This document shows positions 17,142 through 26,215 of a stretch of DNA of 64,000 nucleotides, in pieces. The DNA comes from a virus. Each line of letters opens with the position of its first letter. The stretch's first letter is position 1. The DNA is taken from IMG/VR virus record IMGVR_UViG_3300026078_000023, positions 1 through 64,000 of that record; one strand, written 5' to 3'. The translations under genes and the position numbers were made by a program. The notes below the pieces were generated by a model, which ran no database searches, had not been told where the DNA came from, and worked only from the letters and a program-made list of their open reading frames with translations.

Positions 17142-17304
17142 TACCGCTTGGTCCGGCGGCCGGGAGCGCGGGGCGGGAACTCCTCGGCGACCAGCCGGTC
17201 GCGCTCCCTGGCCTCGGCGGCGGTCAACGGGCGGGCGAGCCGGCCGAGCTCGCGCAGGCGCCGCGCCCGCGGCGTCCCCAGGGACGACCTGGCGATCAGG
17301 TCGT

Positions 17305-18252
17305 CTATCGATCGCTCGGCCACTCGTCCCCCGGGAACATCCGGATCCGCATCTCCTCGGGCCACTCGGCGAGGTCCCCGCCCTTCGGCTTGCGCAGGCG
17401 GAGTCGCACGAGCGCGCCCTGGTAATCATCGCGGACCCCGTCGACGTCGTGCTCGACGCGGTCGCCGTCAGCCACCCCCGGCCAGAACCCAGGCTCACCC
17501 TCGATCGTGAGGTTGTCGTCGTTGCGCGTGACGAGGTTGTCGCCCAGCTGCTTGATGAACACCGGGACGTGGGATTCCCGGCAATCGGCGATCAGGTCCC
17601 AGGCCCAGCGCGCGTTGAACCGGCGCGCGCCGTGGCCACTCTCGCCGCCGACGATCACCCAGTTGATCCCCTGCTGGATGCGCGCGTCCTGCGGGAGCAC
17701 GCCCCGGATGGACACCTCCTCGAGGAGGGGCTCCATCGACAAGAACAGGACCTTCGCCGGCACGCCGAGCAGGTGCTTGCCCCGGACGTCGCGCCGCCTG
17801 CGGTCCTCCACCGTCGTCCCCGCCCATGCGTTTTCGGGCCAGACGGAGCGCCAGCGCTCCGGAGCAAGGAACGTCATGTTCTCCGGGCGCTTGGTGAGGA
17901 GCTGCCAGTCAAGGTTTGGGGTCTCCTCGATGAGCTTGAACAGGCGCTCGCGCGGCTCGTCGAGGTCCTGGCGGGCCTCGAACACGTCGGCCATCGAGGC
18001 GCAGAACACCCGGCGCCGGACGCCGGCGGCGCGCGCGGCGGCTTCCCATTTGAGCGGCTCGGCCCAGTGCTTGTCGCCGAACAGGCGCCGCTCGGACTTG
18101 GCGCCCCAGATCGCCCCCTTCGTCGTCCCGAATCCCAGGCGCTTCGAGAACGTCTCGGCGTAGCAGTTTTCGCACCCCGGAGAGACGCGCTGACATCCCC
18201 ACCAGGGGTTGAACGTATGGTCCGTCCAGGCGATCTCTGTGCTCTCACCCAC
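17305..18252 (-). CDS. phage Gp37/Gp68 family (DUF5131) protein
   Basis: TEIAWTDHTFNPWWGCQRVSPGCENCYA, VFCASMADVF, LLTKRPEN, FLSMEPLL, WVIVGGESG, PVFIKQLG. Confidence 0.9.
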   Translation of the reverse strand: MGESTEIAWTDHTFNPWWGCQRVSPGCENCYAETFSKRLGFGTTKGAIWGAKSERRLFGDKHWAEPLKWEAAARAAGVRRRVFCASMADVFEARQDLDEPRERLFKLIEETPNLDWQLLTKRPENMTFLAPERWRSVWPENAWAGTTVEDRRRRDVRGKHLLGVPAKVLFLSMEPLLEEVSIRGVLPQDARIQQGINWVIVGGESGHGARRFNARWAWDLIADCRESHVPVFIKQLGDNLVTRNDDNLTIEGEPGFWPGVADGDRVEHDVDGVRDDYQGALVRLRLRKPKGGDLAEWPEEMRIRMFPGDEWPSDR

Positions 18253-18460
18253 GGTCGACCTCCTCCGCTTTCATCGCCGCCGCGTGCGCCTCCTCGGCCA
18301 CGCGCTCCACCGCGCCCACCAGATCCAGGAGCTGGCTACGGCGCGGGTTCGACAGACCTCTGGCGATGGACATGGCGACGTCGCTGACCCCGCGCATCCA
18401 CGCGCCGACGTCGGCGACCGTAGCGCCGCCCACGTCGATCACCAGCGACGTCACCGCCAT
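18245..18460 (-). CDS. hypothetical protein
   Basis: MAVTSLVIDV, coupled to neighbours. Confidence 0.5.
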   Translation of the reverse strand: MAVTSLVIDVGGATVADVGAWMRGVSDVAMSIARGLSNPRRSQLLDLVGAVERVAEEAHAAAMKAEEVDRG

Positions 18461-18462
18461 GG

Positions 18463-18918
18463 TCAGACCCCGTCCTCGAGCGCGTCGTCCTTTTTGCGGG
18501 AGGCGCGCTTCTTCGCCTTCTCGGGCTTGTGGTCGGTCACGCGCGACTCGCCGCCGTTGACGACGGAGATCATCTCCTGGCGCTCCTCCGGGGACATGGG
18601 GCGCGTCGACTCGACCTCCTCGGTGTCGAGGCGGATCACGCGCACCTCGTTGCGCTTGAAGTGCTTCTCCTCGACGCACTTGACCTCGCGCATGTCGCCG
18701 CCGGCGTCCAGGTCGTCGAGCACGGCGTCGAGGCGGCCCTGCGCGTCCGTCAGCTCCTCCTTGAATTCGTCCTTCGCCGCCTTCTGCTTCGCCTTGATCT
18801 CCTGGACCTTCTTCTTCAGGTGCCCGGCGAGCTTGCCCTTCTTGCGCGCCTCGTCGTCGCTCATCGGCACGCGGAGCTTCTGCTTGAACTCTTTACCTCG
18901 GACCACGTCTTCGCCCAT
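18463..18918 (-). CDS. charged hypothetical protein
   Basis: 151 aa, GGGAG RBS. Confidence 0.7.
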   Translation of the reverse strand: MGEDVVRGKEFKQKLRVPMSDDEARKKGKLAGHLKKKVQEIKAKQKAAKDEFKEELTDAQGRLDAVLDDLDAGGDMREVKCVEEKHFKRNEVRVIRLDTEEVESTRPMSPEERQEMISVVNGGESRVTDHKPEKAKKRASRKKDDALEDGV

Positions 18919-18940
18919 CTGCGTCTCCCTTCGGTTGTGA

Positions 18941-19411
18941 CTACGTTCTGCTGCTCGGCACGGTCGCAGTCTCGCCCGCGGCGAGCCACTCGTCGATGTG
19001 CAGGAGCCATTTCAGGACCATGGCGCCGCACTGGACCAACTCCTTGCGCAGGTCAGCGAGCGACCGCGCGTCGAGCGCCTCCGCGACCTCCTCCTCGAAC
19101 ACGTCGGCGTGCGTGAGGATCCCTTCTCGGTCCGCGCGGTCACACCAGGACTGCGCCATCTTCCGGTACGTCTCGCGCGAGTGCGACGTGGCGACCCCGT
19201 CCGGGAGGCGCATGCTGTTCGGGTGCAGCCCCTTGGCCCGATCGAGCTCCGCGACGATGTCCCGGACGATCTCGGCCTGGGAGGTGGTCACCATGGAGCG
19301 ACCGTTGCGGCCGCCGGCCCCGCAGATGACGTCCCCCGTCCCCTCTTCGACCATCACCCAGTGCTGCCCAGCTGGGCCACCGCAGCCGGCGCAGACATCT
19401 CCGCCGCTCAC
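18941..19411 (-). CDS. MazG-like all-alpha NTP pyrophosphohydrolase domain protein
   Basis: FEEEVAEA...LRKELVQCGAMVLKWL. Confidence 0.55.
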   Translation of the reverse strand: MSGGDVCAGCGGPAGQHWVMVEEGTGDVICGAGGRNGRSMVTTSQAEIVRDIVAELDRAKGLHPNSMRLPDGVATSHSRETYRKMAQSWCDRADREGILTHADVFEEEVAEALDARSLADLRKELVQCGAMVLKWLLHIDEWLAAGETATVPSSRT

Positions 19412-19773
19412 GACAGCGTCGCCTTCGCGGCCGCCTCGACCGCCTTCTGGACGTTCTCCGCCATGCGCTCGGTGGCGTAGTCGCCGACCAGCTTGCCGGC
19501 CCTGAACAGGCGCCCGCGGATGTCCTCGTCCACGTGCCCCTCGCAGATGGCCGCGAGCGCCCCCTGGACCATCACCGACGCGACCGCCGACGCGTCCAGG
19601 CTGCGCTTCTGGATCTTGAAGTGCTCCTCCGTCTCCTTGGTCAGCTCCATGGCCTGGTGCAGGACCGGGTCGATGAAGGCTCGGACCTGCTCCTCGGTCA
19701 ACTCGGGCAGCAGCTTCCCGACATCCTGGGCCAGGCGGTGCGCCCGCTCGGCCCTCGTCTCTTGTTCTCCCAT
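19408..19773 (-). CDS. hypothetical protein
   Basis: 121 aa, leaderless start after the motif. Confidence 0.65.
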   Translation of the reverse strand: MGEQETRAERAHRLAQDVGKLLPELTEEQVRAFIDPVLHQAMELTKETEEHFKIQKRSLDASAVASVMVQGALAAICEGHVDEDIRGRLFRAGKLVGDYATERMAENVQKAVEAAAKATLS

Positions 19774-19792
19774 GCCCGACGTGTTGGCCGGG
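19774..19792 (-). promoter_or_regulatory. CCGGCCAACA motif (leaderless)
   Basis: CCGGCCAACA-CGTCGGGC-ATG(19773), right after the terL ATPase stop. Confidence 0.7.
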
Positions 19793-19801
19793 CCCCCGAC
19801 C

Positions 19802-20623
19802 TCAGGGGTCGGCCAGCATCTCGGCCACGTCCCGGGAGCACTCCTCGAGGTAGTCCCGGCCGACGTTGTGGGCGTCCTGCTCGTACCCCGAGAGGTCCTC
19901 CTTGACCCGCTGCTCGAGCCAGCAGAAGTCGGGCCGGGCGCGCATCTTGTAGGAGGCGTCGTCGCCGTCCCATGGGGTGGCGATCCAGACCACCTTCCCG
20001 CCGGGCTCGAGGCGGCTGAGCCACTTCACCTCGACCAGCCAGGTGGTGTGGTTGCGCTTCTCCTCGGTGGTGCTGTTCTCGGCGTCGACCACGTCGTCGA
20101 AGATCATCGTGGTCGCGCGCGATCCGGTGCCCATCGTCTTCACGCCGCGCGCCTCGACGGTCGGGTCTACGGCGTGCCCGACGCGCTCGACGAGCAGCTT
20201 GTGGTCGGTCCACAGGTTGCCCGGGACCACCTCCGGGAACACGAGGTTGTAGAGCGGCGACTCCATCACCCGCTTCGAGGCCTGCATGCGCAGCTTCGCC
20301 GCGTCATCACCGGAGCAGATCACCTTGATGCGCTCCTGCTGGTTGATGCCGGTCAGGTACGCGGCGAGGGGGACGATGAGCGAGGACGTCTTGCCGTGAC
20401 CGAACGGAGCGAAGATCCCCGCGTGCATGCCGCGCGACCAGGCGTAGTTGATGTGAGCGATCCACCACAGGTGCACGTGGTGGTAGCGCATCGGGTTACC
20501 GACGTCGTCGCGCACGGCGAACGCGCCGAACTTGTGGAAGTGCTCGCGCGCGCCGCGGACGAGCCTCTCGCGCGCGGCCCACAGGACGCGCTCCTGGCTG
20601 ACGACTGCGGCTTGGGCGCCCAC
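19802..20623 (-). CDS. terL: terminase large subunit, stand-alone N-terminal ATPase half
   Basis: Walker A FAPFGHGKTS, TGSRA, Walker B MIFDDVVD, motif III IATPWD; stops before any nuclease domain. Confidence 0.85.
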   Translation of the reverse strand: MGAQAAVVSQERVLWAARERLVRGAREHFHKFGAFAVRDDVGNPMRYHHVHLWWIAHINYAWSRGMHAGIFAPFGHGKTSSLIVPLAAYLTGINQQERIKVICSGDDAAKLRMQASKRVMESPLYNLVFPEVVPGNLWTDHKLLVERVGHAVDPTVEARGVKTMGTGSRATTMIFDDVVDAENSTTEEKRNHTTWLVEVKWLSRLEPGGKVVWIATPWDGDDASYKMRARPDFCWLEQRVKEDLSGYEQDAHNVGRDYLEECSRDVAEMLADP

Positions 20624-20627
20624 GGCG

Positions 20628-21269
20628 TCAGGTGGTGACCGGCGGCGCGCCGGCCTCGATCATCCCGGCCGCCCACGCGTTGCGCAGGCGGGCGTGCTCG
20701 GTGGTCTGCACCCGGTGCGAGGCCAGGGCCGCCAGCTTGTAGTCCGGCGGGGTCGCCGCCAGCGCCGCGCGCAGGTTGCGGAAGGCCCGGATCCCCCTGC
20801 CCTTGTCGTCGCCGACCGGGTCGCGCCCGATCCCCACGTTCCAGGCGACGTCGACCAGGCCGCGCCGGACGGCCAGCGGTAACGACCCCCAGGCCGGGAA
20901 CACCCGGCGCAGGGCCGGCAGGAACTCCGCCTCGAGGAGGCGCCGGGCGGCGGCCTCGGCCTCCCCGTCCAGCAGTTCGACGATGGGCGCCGAGCCGCCG
21001 CCGGTGTTCCGGTACCAGCCGGCCTGGTGCCCCTGGGCCAGCGCCTGTACGCGCCGGAACTCGGCCGCCACCTCCTCGCGCTGGGCCATCCGGCCGGCGG
21101 TGTAGTTCCAGAAGGCGAGCGGGATGGCGGCGTCGGGCGAGTCGAGCTTCACCCCGATCCCGCAGGTGACGTACCCGGCCGGCGCCGAGTCGCGGTACAT
21201 GTGCTTGGTCATGCCCTCGGACCGCGGGTCCGCCAGGTCGGCCACGTACTGCGCGACGTCGTCGTCCAT
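20628..21269 (-). CDS. lysozyme (GH24-like) endolysin
   Basis: SEG...MYRD....VTCGIG catalytic E/D/T pattern; LVDVAWNVG; ATG at 21269. Confidence 0.75.
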   Translation of the reverse strand: MDDDVAQYVADLADPRSEGMTKHMYRDSAPAGYVTCGIGVKLDSPDAAIPLAFWNYTAGRMAQREEVAAEFRRVQALAQGHQAGWYRNTGGGSAPIVELLDGEAEAAARRLLEAEFLPALRRVFPAWGSLPLAVRRGLVDVAWNVGIGRDPVGDDKGRGIRAFRNLRAALAATPPDYKLAALASHRVQTTEHARLRNAWAAGMIEAGAPPVTT

Positions 21270-21282
21270 GCTGGAGACGATA

Positions 21283-21576
21283 TCAGAGCGGGCGCTTGGT
21301 CGTCCTCGGTATGGACCCGGGGGACTCGGGGCCGGGTGGCGGACCGGCCACGGCGGGCGGCAGCTCGGGCGGCTCCTCGTCCGGGCACTCCTGGCAGAAG
21401 TAGGCGCCGCCGACCGCGGCCTCCTCGACGGCGGCGTGGAACGTCTCGAGGCCGATGTCTTTGACATCGCGCTGCGACGAGAGCTCGTGGCCGCAGTGCA
21501 GGACCTTCGTGACGTGGGCGACCCTCAGGCCGCCCGTGTAGTGGACTCGCACCGACCGGCAGGCGCGGACCCTCAC
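21283..21576 (-). CDS. hypothetical protein with Cys/His motifs
   Basis: LHCGH...CQEC; GTGA overlap. Confidence 0.45.
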   Translation of the reverse strand: MRVRACRSVRVHYTGGLRVAHVTKVLHCGHELSSQRDVKDIGLETFHAAVEEAAVGGAYFCQECPDEEPPELPPAVAGPPPGPESPGSIPRTTKRPL

Positions 21577-21822
21577 CGGCGCGCCTCCCTGCAGGCGTCC
21601 TCGAGGCGGCGCATCGCGCGCCCATCGATCGCCGCGGACCCGCGGATGACCAACCATTCGCCAGCCAGGAGACCGGCGGCGGCCACGATCCAGAACCCGA
21701 TGACCACGCGCTTACGCATCACCACCCCCTCCTCGCGGCCCACCGGTCCAGGCGGTCGAGGAGCGGCCCCAGGGCCAGCCCGACGACCACCCCGGTGAGG
21801 CCGCTCATCGCGCACCAGAAGG

Positions 21823-22134
21823 TCACCCCTCCCCCGATCCGACGGCGATCTTGAGGGGCCAGTAGACGCCGAGCAGGTCGCCCTCGCGGACGACGATCAC
21901 GTCCGGATTCGCGCGCATGAAGCGCTTGGTCGCGCACGCGCAGGCCACCCGCCCGACCACGCCGCGGCCGCCGCACTTGCCGTGCCCAGAGAGCGCGTAG
22001 GCCTGCACCTCGGAGACCGTGACGTCGCGGCCGCGGGGGACGTGCGCGTTGCGCTCGGTCAGCTCGGCGGCGCGCGCCTTCTCGGCCGCGGTGGCGCGGG
22101 CCCGGTTCCTGGTCTTGTAGTCCGACCGGCTCAC
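21823..22134 (-). CDS. hypothetical protein
   Basis: 103 aa, CGGRG..CAC. Confidence 0.55.
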   Translation of the reverse strand: MSRSDYKTRNRARATAAEKARAAELTERNAHVPRGRDVTVSEVQAYALSGHGKCGGRGVVGRVACACATKRFMRANPDVIVVREGDLLGVYWPLKIAVGSGEG

Positions 22135-23672
22135 TTGACGCGCCTGATGTTCTTCTTCATGCCGGGGACGGCGAGGTACCCGTCGCCCTCCCTGGTGAGG
22201 AACCCCATGGCGGCGAGGTTACCGCACTCGGTGTAGACGTTCGGCTTCGACGTCTTGAACGCCACCCGCTGGAGCTCCACGAACGCGGCGTACGCCTTCT
22301 TGTGGGTGTCGAAGAACCCGTCCGCGATCAGCATGGCCAGGCGACCGCGCAGCGTGTCGCCGTCGACGTCGACGGCGACCTCGTGGACGGTCACGTCGAT
22401 CCGCGGCTCCCTCGCGAGGACCTTCATCAGCGTCGCCCTGTCGTCCACCAGGAGCCGCCTCTTGATCTCCTGGTACAGCGCCTCGACGTCAGTCGGTGCA
22501 GCCGACCCTGAGGTGACAGGGGCCGGCTCGCGCGGGACGGTGTTCTCCGCCGCGGCGCGGGCCACGCGCAGGAGCTGGTCCAGCTTGCCGTCGATCAGGT
22601 CCAGTCTCTCTTTGCTCACGTCGTCCTCCTCTTGGTTCAGCTCCTGCTCCACCGCCTCGGTTACCGGCGCCATGACTTCCAGCGCCCGGGCGAGCATGGC
22701 GCCCTCCGGGGACGCCTGACCGCACGCCACCGCCTGCGCGTCCTCCTCGCTCATCCACGCCGGCTGGACGTACACCTTGACCACGTGGCGGTCCCAGCAG
22801 GCCCAGAACTCGCCGCGCTGGAGCGACGCCACTTCGTCGGCGCGCGGCTTCTTGATGCCCGCCGGGATGTGCGCCAGCGCGCGCTTGACCTCGTTCACCT
22901 CGCGCTGCACGCCGAGCAGCCACACGCGCGCCTGGCGGACGGCGTCCTTGGCGACGCCGGCGAGGTCCTGACTGTCCAGCCAGGCGAAGTTCCCGACCGC
23001 GGCGCCCTTGCGCACCAGGGCCTGGACGGCGAGCTTCACGGGCGACCCGCGGCTCTCCGGCACGAATTCCCACGCCTCCGGGACCACGACGATGACGCCG
23101 CTCTCGCGGTCGTTGACCCAGTCGATCGTCGACTGGATCACCAGCATCTGGAGCTCGAGCGGGAGCGCGGTCAGGTCCATGGCGTGCGTGCCTGTGCGGC
23201 GCAGGTCGACGCTGGTCGCGAAATCCGCCGCCTCGATCGCCGGGACGACGCGGAGGAGATACTCGCCGAGCATCATGTAGATGTCGGCGTCCATCCCACG
23301 CGTCGCCTTCGCCTGCATCTTGCGCACGTTCGCGAGCACGTCCGCCAGCGATTTCGCCCCCTTCACCGCGCGCATCACCCACGCGCGCTCGAAGCGCATC
23401 TTCTGGCGCATCGTCGACTCGAGCACCGACTCGACGAACTCCCAGTCGGCGCGCTCGCGGAAGAACGGGCGGATGCGGCGCGCGTTCTTGAACGCGCCCT
23501 CGCCGCGCTTCGTGATGAACGTCAGCGCGCGGGCGCCGCTGCGGTGCAGGAGCGCCTCCATGGTGGTCGTCTTGCCGGCGCGCTGCGACTGCCCGGCGAC
23601 CACCATGTGGCCGATCGGGATCTCCACCCGCAGGCCGCGCGGGACCTCGAACCCGAGTAGGACGTCGCTCAC
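22131..23672 (-). CDS. HerA/FtsK-like P-loop ATPase with a C-terminal winged-helix-like region
   Basis: HMVVAGQSQRAGKTT, VVVPEAWEFVP, RKGA, LDSQ, LGVQ; GTG start at 23672. Confidence 0.7.
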   Translation of the reverse strand: MSDVLLGFEVPRGLRVEIPIGHMVVAGQSQRAGKTTTMEALLHRSGARALTFITKRGEGAFKNARRIRPFFRERADWEFVESVLESTMRQKMRFERAWVMRAVKGAKSLADVLANVRKMQAKATRGMDADIYMMLGEYLLRVVPAIEAADFATSVDLRRTGTHAMDLTALPLELQMLVIQSTIDWVNDRESGVIVVVPEAWEFVPESRGSPVKLAVQALVRKGAAVGNFAWLDSQDLAGVAKDAVRQARVWLLGVQREVNEVKRALAHIPAGIKKPRADEVASLQRGEFWACWDRHVVKVYVQPAWMSEEDAQAVACGQASPEGAMLARALEVMAPVTEAVEQELNQEEDDVSKERLDLIDGKLDQLLRVARAAAENTVPREPAPVTSGSAAPTDVEALYQEIKRRLLVDDRATLMKVLAREPRIDVTVHEVAVDVDGDTLRGRLAMLIADGFFDTHKKAYAAFVELQRVAFKTSKPNVYTECGNLAAMGFLTREGDGYLAVPGMKKNIRRVK

Positions 23673-23878
23673 TCCGGCACCGGGCCGATCCCCGGGTCGC
23701 CGGCCAGCGGCGCCAGGTCCAGGCCCTGGGAGGCGAGGTTCCCGATCTGCGCCAGGTCGTCCGCCATCGGCTGGTCCGTCACCTCGGTCGCGATGCGCTC
23801 GATCTTCCGGAGCGCCGCGCGCAGGTGCACCGACTCCGGGCACGAGCACTTTTCGATCTTCGGCTTCTTCTTCCCCAT
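23669..23878 (-). CDS. hypothetical protein
   Basis: 69 aa, leaderless start after the motif. Confidence 0.6.
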   Translation of the reverse strand: MGKKKPKIEKCSCPESVHLRAALRKIERIATEVTDQPMADDLAQIGNLASQGLDLAPLAGDPGIGPVPE

Positions 23879-23896
23879 GCCCGGTATGTTGACCGG
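23879..23896 (-). promoter_or_regulatory. CCGGTCAACA motif variant (leaderless)
   Basis: CCGGTCAACA-TACCGGGC-ATG(23878). Confidence 0.65.
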
Positions 23897-23899
23897 GCC

Positions 23900-24643
23900 T
23901 CAGAGCTCGCCGAGCATCTCCGGCGTCACGCCCGGCGGGAGGCGCCCACCGTTGGCCAGGATGAACGCGACCTGTTCATCGGAGACGCGCTGCCTCTTCC
24001 CCCCGGTGTCACCCGGCGGCTTGGCCATGAGCTGCCCGAGCTCGCCCTCGCCGATGCGCTGGAGCGCGCCGGACATCTGGTTGAGGGCCTGGGCCACGTC
24101 GAACACGGACGGCATCACCTGGACGTCGACCGTGATGGTCCTGGGGATCCGCCGGATCACCTTCCCCTTGGCGTCCATGACCTCCTCGTAGTGGACCTGG
24201 CGCTGGGGGCGGACCGTGGTGGCGACCGAGCGGTCGATGTTCGCGTTCAAGACGGTGAGGGCCCGCGCGAGGCCGGCGCGGACGCCGCCGGCGATGAGCA
24301 GGTAGTCGCGCCTCATCTCGAGCCAGGAGCGCGCCCGCTCGGCGCGCGCCGGGTCGGCCGTGTTCGCCTCGTGCTGGCGGGCCCGGTCGTGGAGCTGGGC
24401 GCGGTCCTTGAGGGGGGGCCAGTGGTGCTCTGGCCATCCGACCTCGATCGCCTTCTTGGCCGTCTTCCAGCTGATGGACACCCCGTACTGCTTCCTCAGC
24501 GCGGCGACCACGCCTCGGATCGTGCGGGCCCCGGCGAAGTAGGCGTTCGCCATCTGCTCGTAGCGCTCGTGGGTGGTGGGCGCCTGGATGGGCTTCTTCC
24601 CGCCGACCACGTGCAGGTCCGGGGGGTCCTTCTCGTCTGCCAT
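23900..24643 (-). CDS. putative terminase small subunit / HTH DNA-binding protein
   Basis: N-terminal HTH-like RTIRGVVAAL...GVSISWKTAKKAI..GW then helical body; upstream of the terL ATPase; TACACT promoter. Confidence 0.45.
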   Translation of the reverse strand: MADEKDPPDLHVVGGKKPIQAPTTHERYEQMANAYFAGARTIRGVVAALRKQYGVSISWKTAKKAIEVGWPEHHWPPLKDRAQLHDRARQHEANTADPARAERARSWLEMRRDYLLIAGGVRAGLARALTVLNANIDRSVATTVRPQRQVHYEEVMDAKGKVIRRIPRTITVDVQVMPSVFDVAQALNQMSGALQRIGEGELGQLMAKPPGDTGGKRQRVSDEQVAFILANGGRLPPGVTPEMLGEL

Positions 24644-24756
24644 CGTGGCGATCGAGTGTACACCGCGCGTTTCAGACCGGTGCCGAGCGTGCCGTCCGCG
24701 TAACCGATCGCGCGCGGAAGGCCTGAATTCATGGGGTCCGCGATGCGGCACCGACA

Positions 24757-24978
24757 TTGCGTCCCAAAGTGGGCATGCCCCACCAGAAGACACGAACAGC
24801 CTTGTTTCGCCCGCGCCCGAGCGATCGGCCGCTCTACCCCGTCATGCTGGTCCGGGACTCGGACGACAAGCCGCCCTCCGAGGTGGTCCGGTACGGCGGG
24901 ATCCCGTTCGTCAAGACCGACGACGGCTGGGCCATGGTCGACTCTCCCGACCTGCGCGGCGTGGTCGAACTCGACTAG
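24757..24978 (+). CDS. small hypothetical protein; the only credible plus-strand gene (start may be 24775)
   Basis: High GC3 in this frame; fills a gap on the minus strand; TAG overlaps the convergent gene's TAG (CTAG). Confidence 0.55.
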   Translation: MRPKVGMPHQKTRTALFRPRPSDRPLYPVMLVRDSDDKPPSEVVRYGGIPFVKTDDGWAMVDSPDLRGVVELD

Positions 24979-25619
24979 GCGAAGTCGGCGTCGTCCGGGA
25001 ACACGCACCGGAACGCTGGCGAAACCTGCCCGCGGTGCCACAGGTTCGTCGTGACCACCCGGCGCCCGTCGCGCCAGACGATTTCGAACCGACGTCCGCC
25101 GTGACCGAGCCCACTCCGTTCGGAGCCCGGAGCCGGCTCCGGTCCGACCTGGTACACGCACCCCTTCACCACGGCGAAGATCCCAGGAGACGCCGCGCGC
25201 TGCGCCACGACGCGGCGCCAGAAGTCGCACTCGTGGCACGACTGCTCGGAGCGCAGCCGGAGGCCATCCAGTTGGTGCCACCCGTCTCCCGTGAGGCACC
25301 CGCAGGTCCTGCACCGGTACCAGTCGCGCAGCGCCCCGAACAGGTGGTCCTCCACGAACTCCTCGGCGACCTCCCGGCTGGTGAGACCGCCGCCGGCGTT
25401 GCTGGTGCTCTGGCCCCCCGAGGTCTCGTTGCGGACCAGGACCCCCCAGAATTCCTCGCTGGCGAACAAGTCGTCCGTGGACCGGCGCCGGTAGATCCTG
25501 GCCACCACCTGGCCGAGACCGATCGTCCCGACGGACACGCACGCGCCGTCGTAGGTGAAGTTCCACCGGTCCCCCGGGGTGGGGTCGGACCACGAGAACC
25601 CGAGCGCTGTCTCTTCCAT
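24975..25619 (-). CDS. hypothetical protein with two CxxC motifs
   Basis: MEETALGF...CRTCG...CHECDFW...TTNLWHRGQV; GAGGGG RBS. Confidence 0.6.
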   Translation of the reverse strand: MEETALGFSWSDPTPGDRWNFTYDGACVSVGTIGLGQVVARIYRRRSTDDLFASEEFWGVLVRNETSGGQSTSNAGGGLTSREVAEEFVEDHLFGALRDWYRCRTCGCLTGDGWHQLDGLRLRSEQSCHECDFWRRVVAQRAASPGIFAVVKGCVYQVGPEPAPGSERSGLGHGGRRFEIVWRDGRRVVTTNLWHRGQVSPAFRCVFPDDADFA

Positions 25620-26215
25620 CACGTCCCCTCTCCTTCGTGGTCGATGCACCACCGGCAGTCGCACGGGACACCCCGGGGCCGGCGCGGCGGGTTGCTGTCG
25701 GAGTGCGGCCAGGAGAGTTGCCACCGCTCGGCGGCCTCGGCCGCCCGCACGCCGCGCGCCACGCAGCAGCAGGCGCCGCCGGACGGGCCCGGGCGGATCG
25801 GGCAGACCTTCGCCCCGCAACCCGAGACCGCCCCCCCCAGCGCAGCCAGGGCCGCCAGGAGCGCTATCGGGTGGGCCGGCTCGGCGGCGTTCGCCACGGC
25901 GAGCAGGGTGGCGGCGTGGCACCGGTCCGGCTGGCCTTCCGGGGGCAGGGGGCACCAGCAGGCCAGGTTGTAGCCGCGGAGGTGGACCACCGCGGCCCCG
26001 CGCCGCAGGTACGCCTGCGGGGTGTCCATCGTCAACCAGTGCCGGTGGGCGGACCACGCCTTGCGCAGGTCGCCCTGCCCCGCCGGCCGGAACGGGTTCC
26101 CCCACCTGGTGGTCCGGTCGACTTTGAGAGCCGGCAGGCCGTTCGTCATGCGGCTCGTGCGCTGCATGTCGGCCCCGCGGGTGCGGCGCAGCTGGAGCCG
26201 GACCGGCCTAACCAC
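25619..26215 (-). CDS. DUF4326-like protein with a Cys-rich C-terminal extension
   Basis: VDRTTRWGNPF, LRGYNLACWCPL, CHAATLL. Confidence 0.7.
   Translation of the reverse strand: MVRPVRLQLRRTRGADMQRTSRMTNGLPALKVDRTTRWGNPFRPAGQGDLRKAWSAHRHWLTMDTPQAYLRRGAAVVHLRGYNLACWCPLPPEGQPDRCHAATLLAVANAAEPAHPIALLAALAALGGAVSGCGAKVCPIRPGPSGGACCCVARGVRAAEAAERWQLSWPHSDSNPPRRPRGVPCDCRWCIDHEGEGT

Noticed and set aside
2987-19801. Intron, split intein or mobile element explaining the terL split
   Set aside because: No intein termini, intron core, integrase, transposase or flanking direct repeats seen; the interval has normal phage genes and the genome's own promoter motifs
25831-25838. C8 tract in the DUF4326 gene as another phase-variable site
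   Set aside because: The frame stays open and coupled to the next gene; no frameshift evidence
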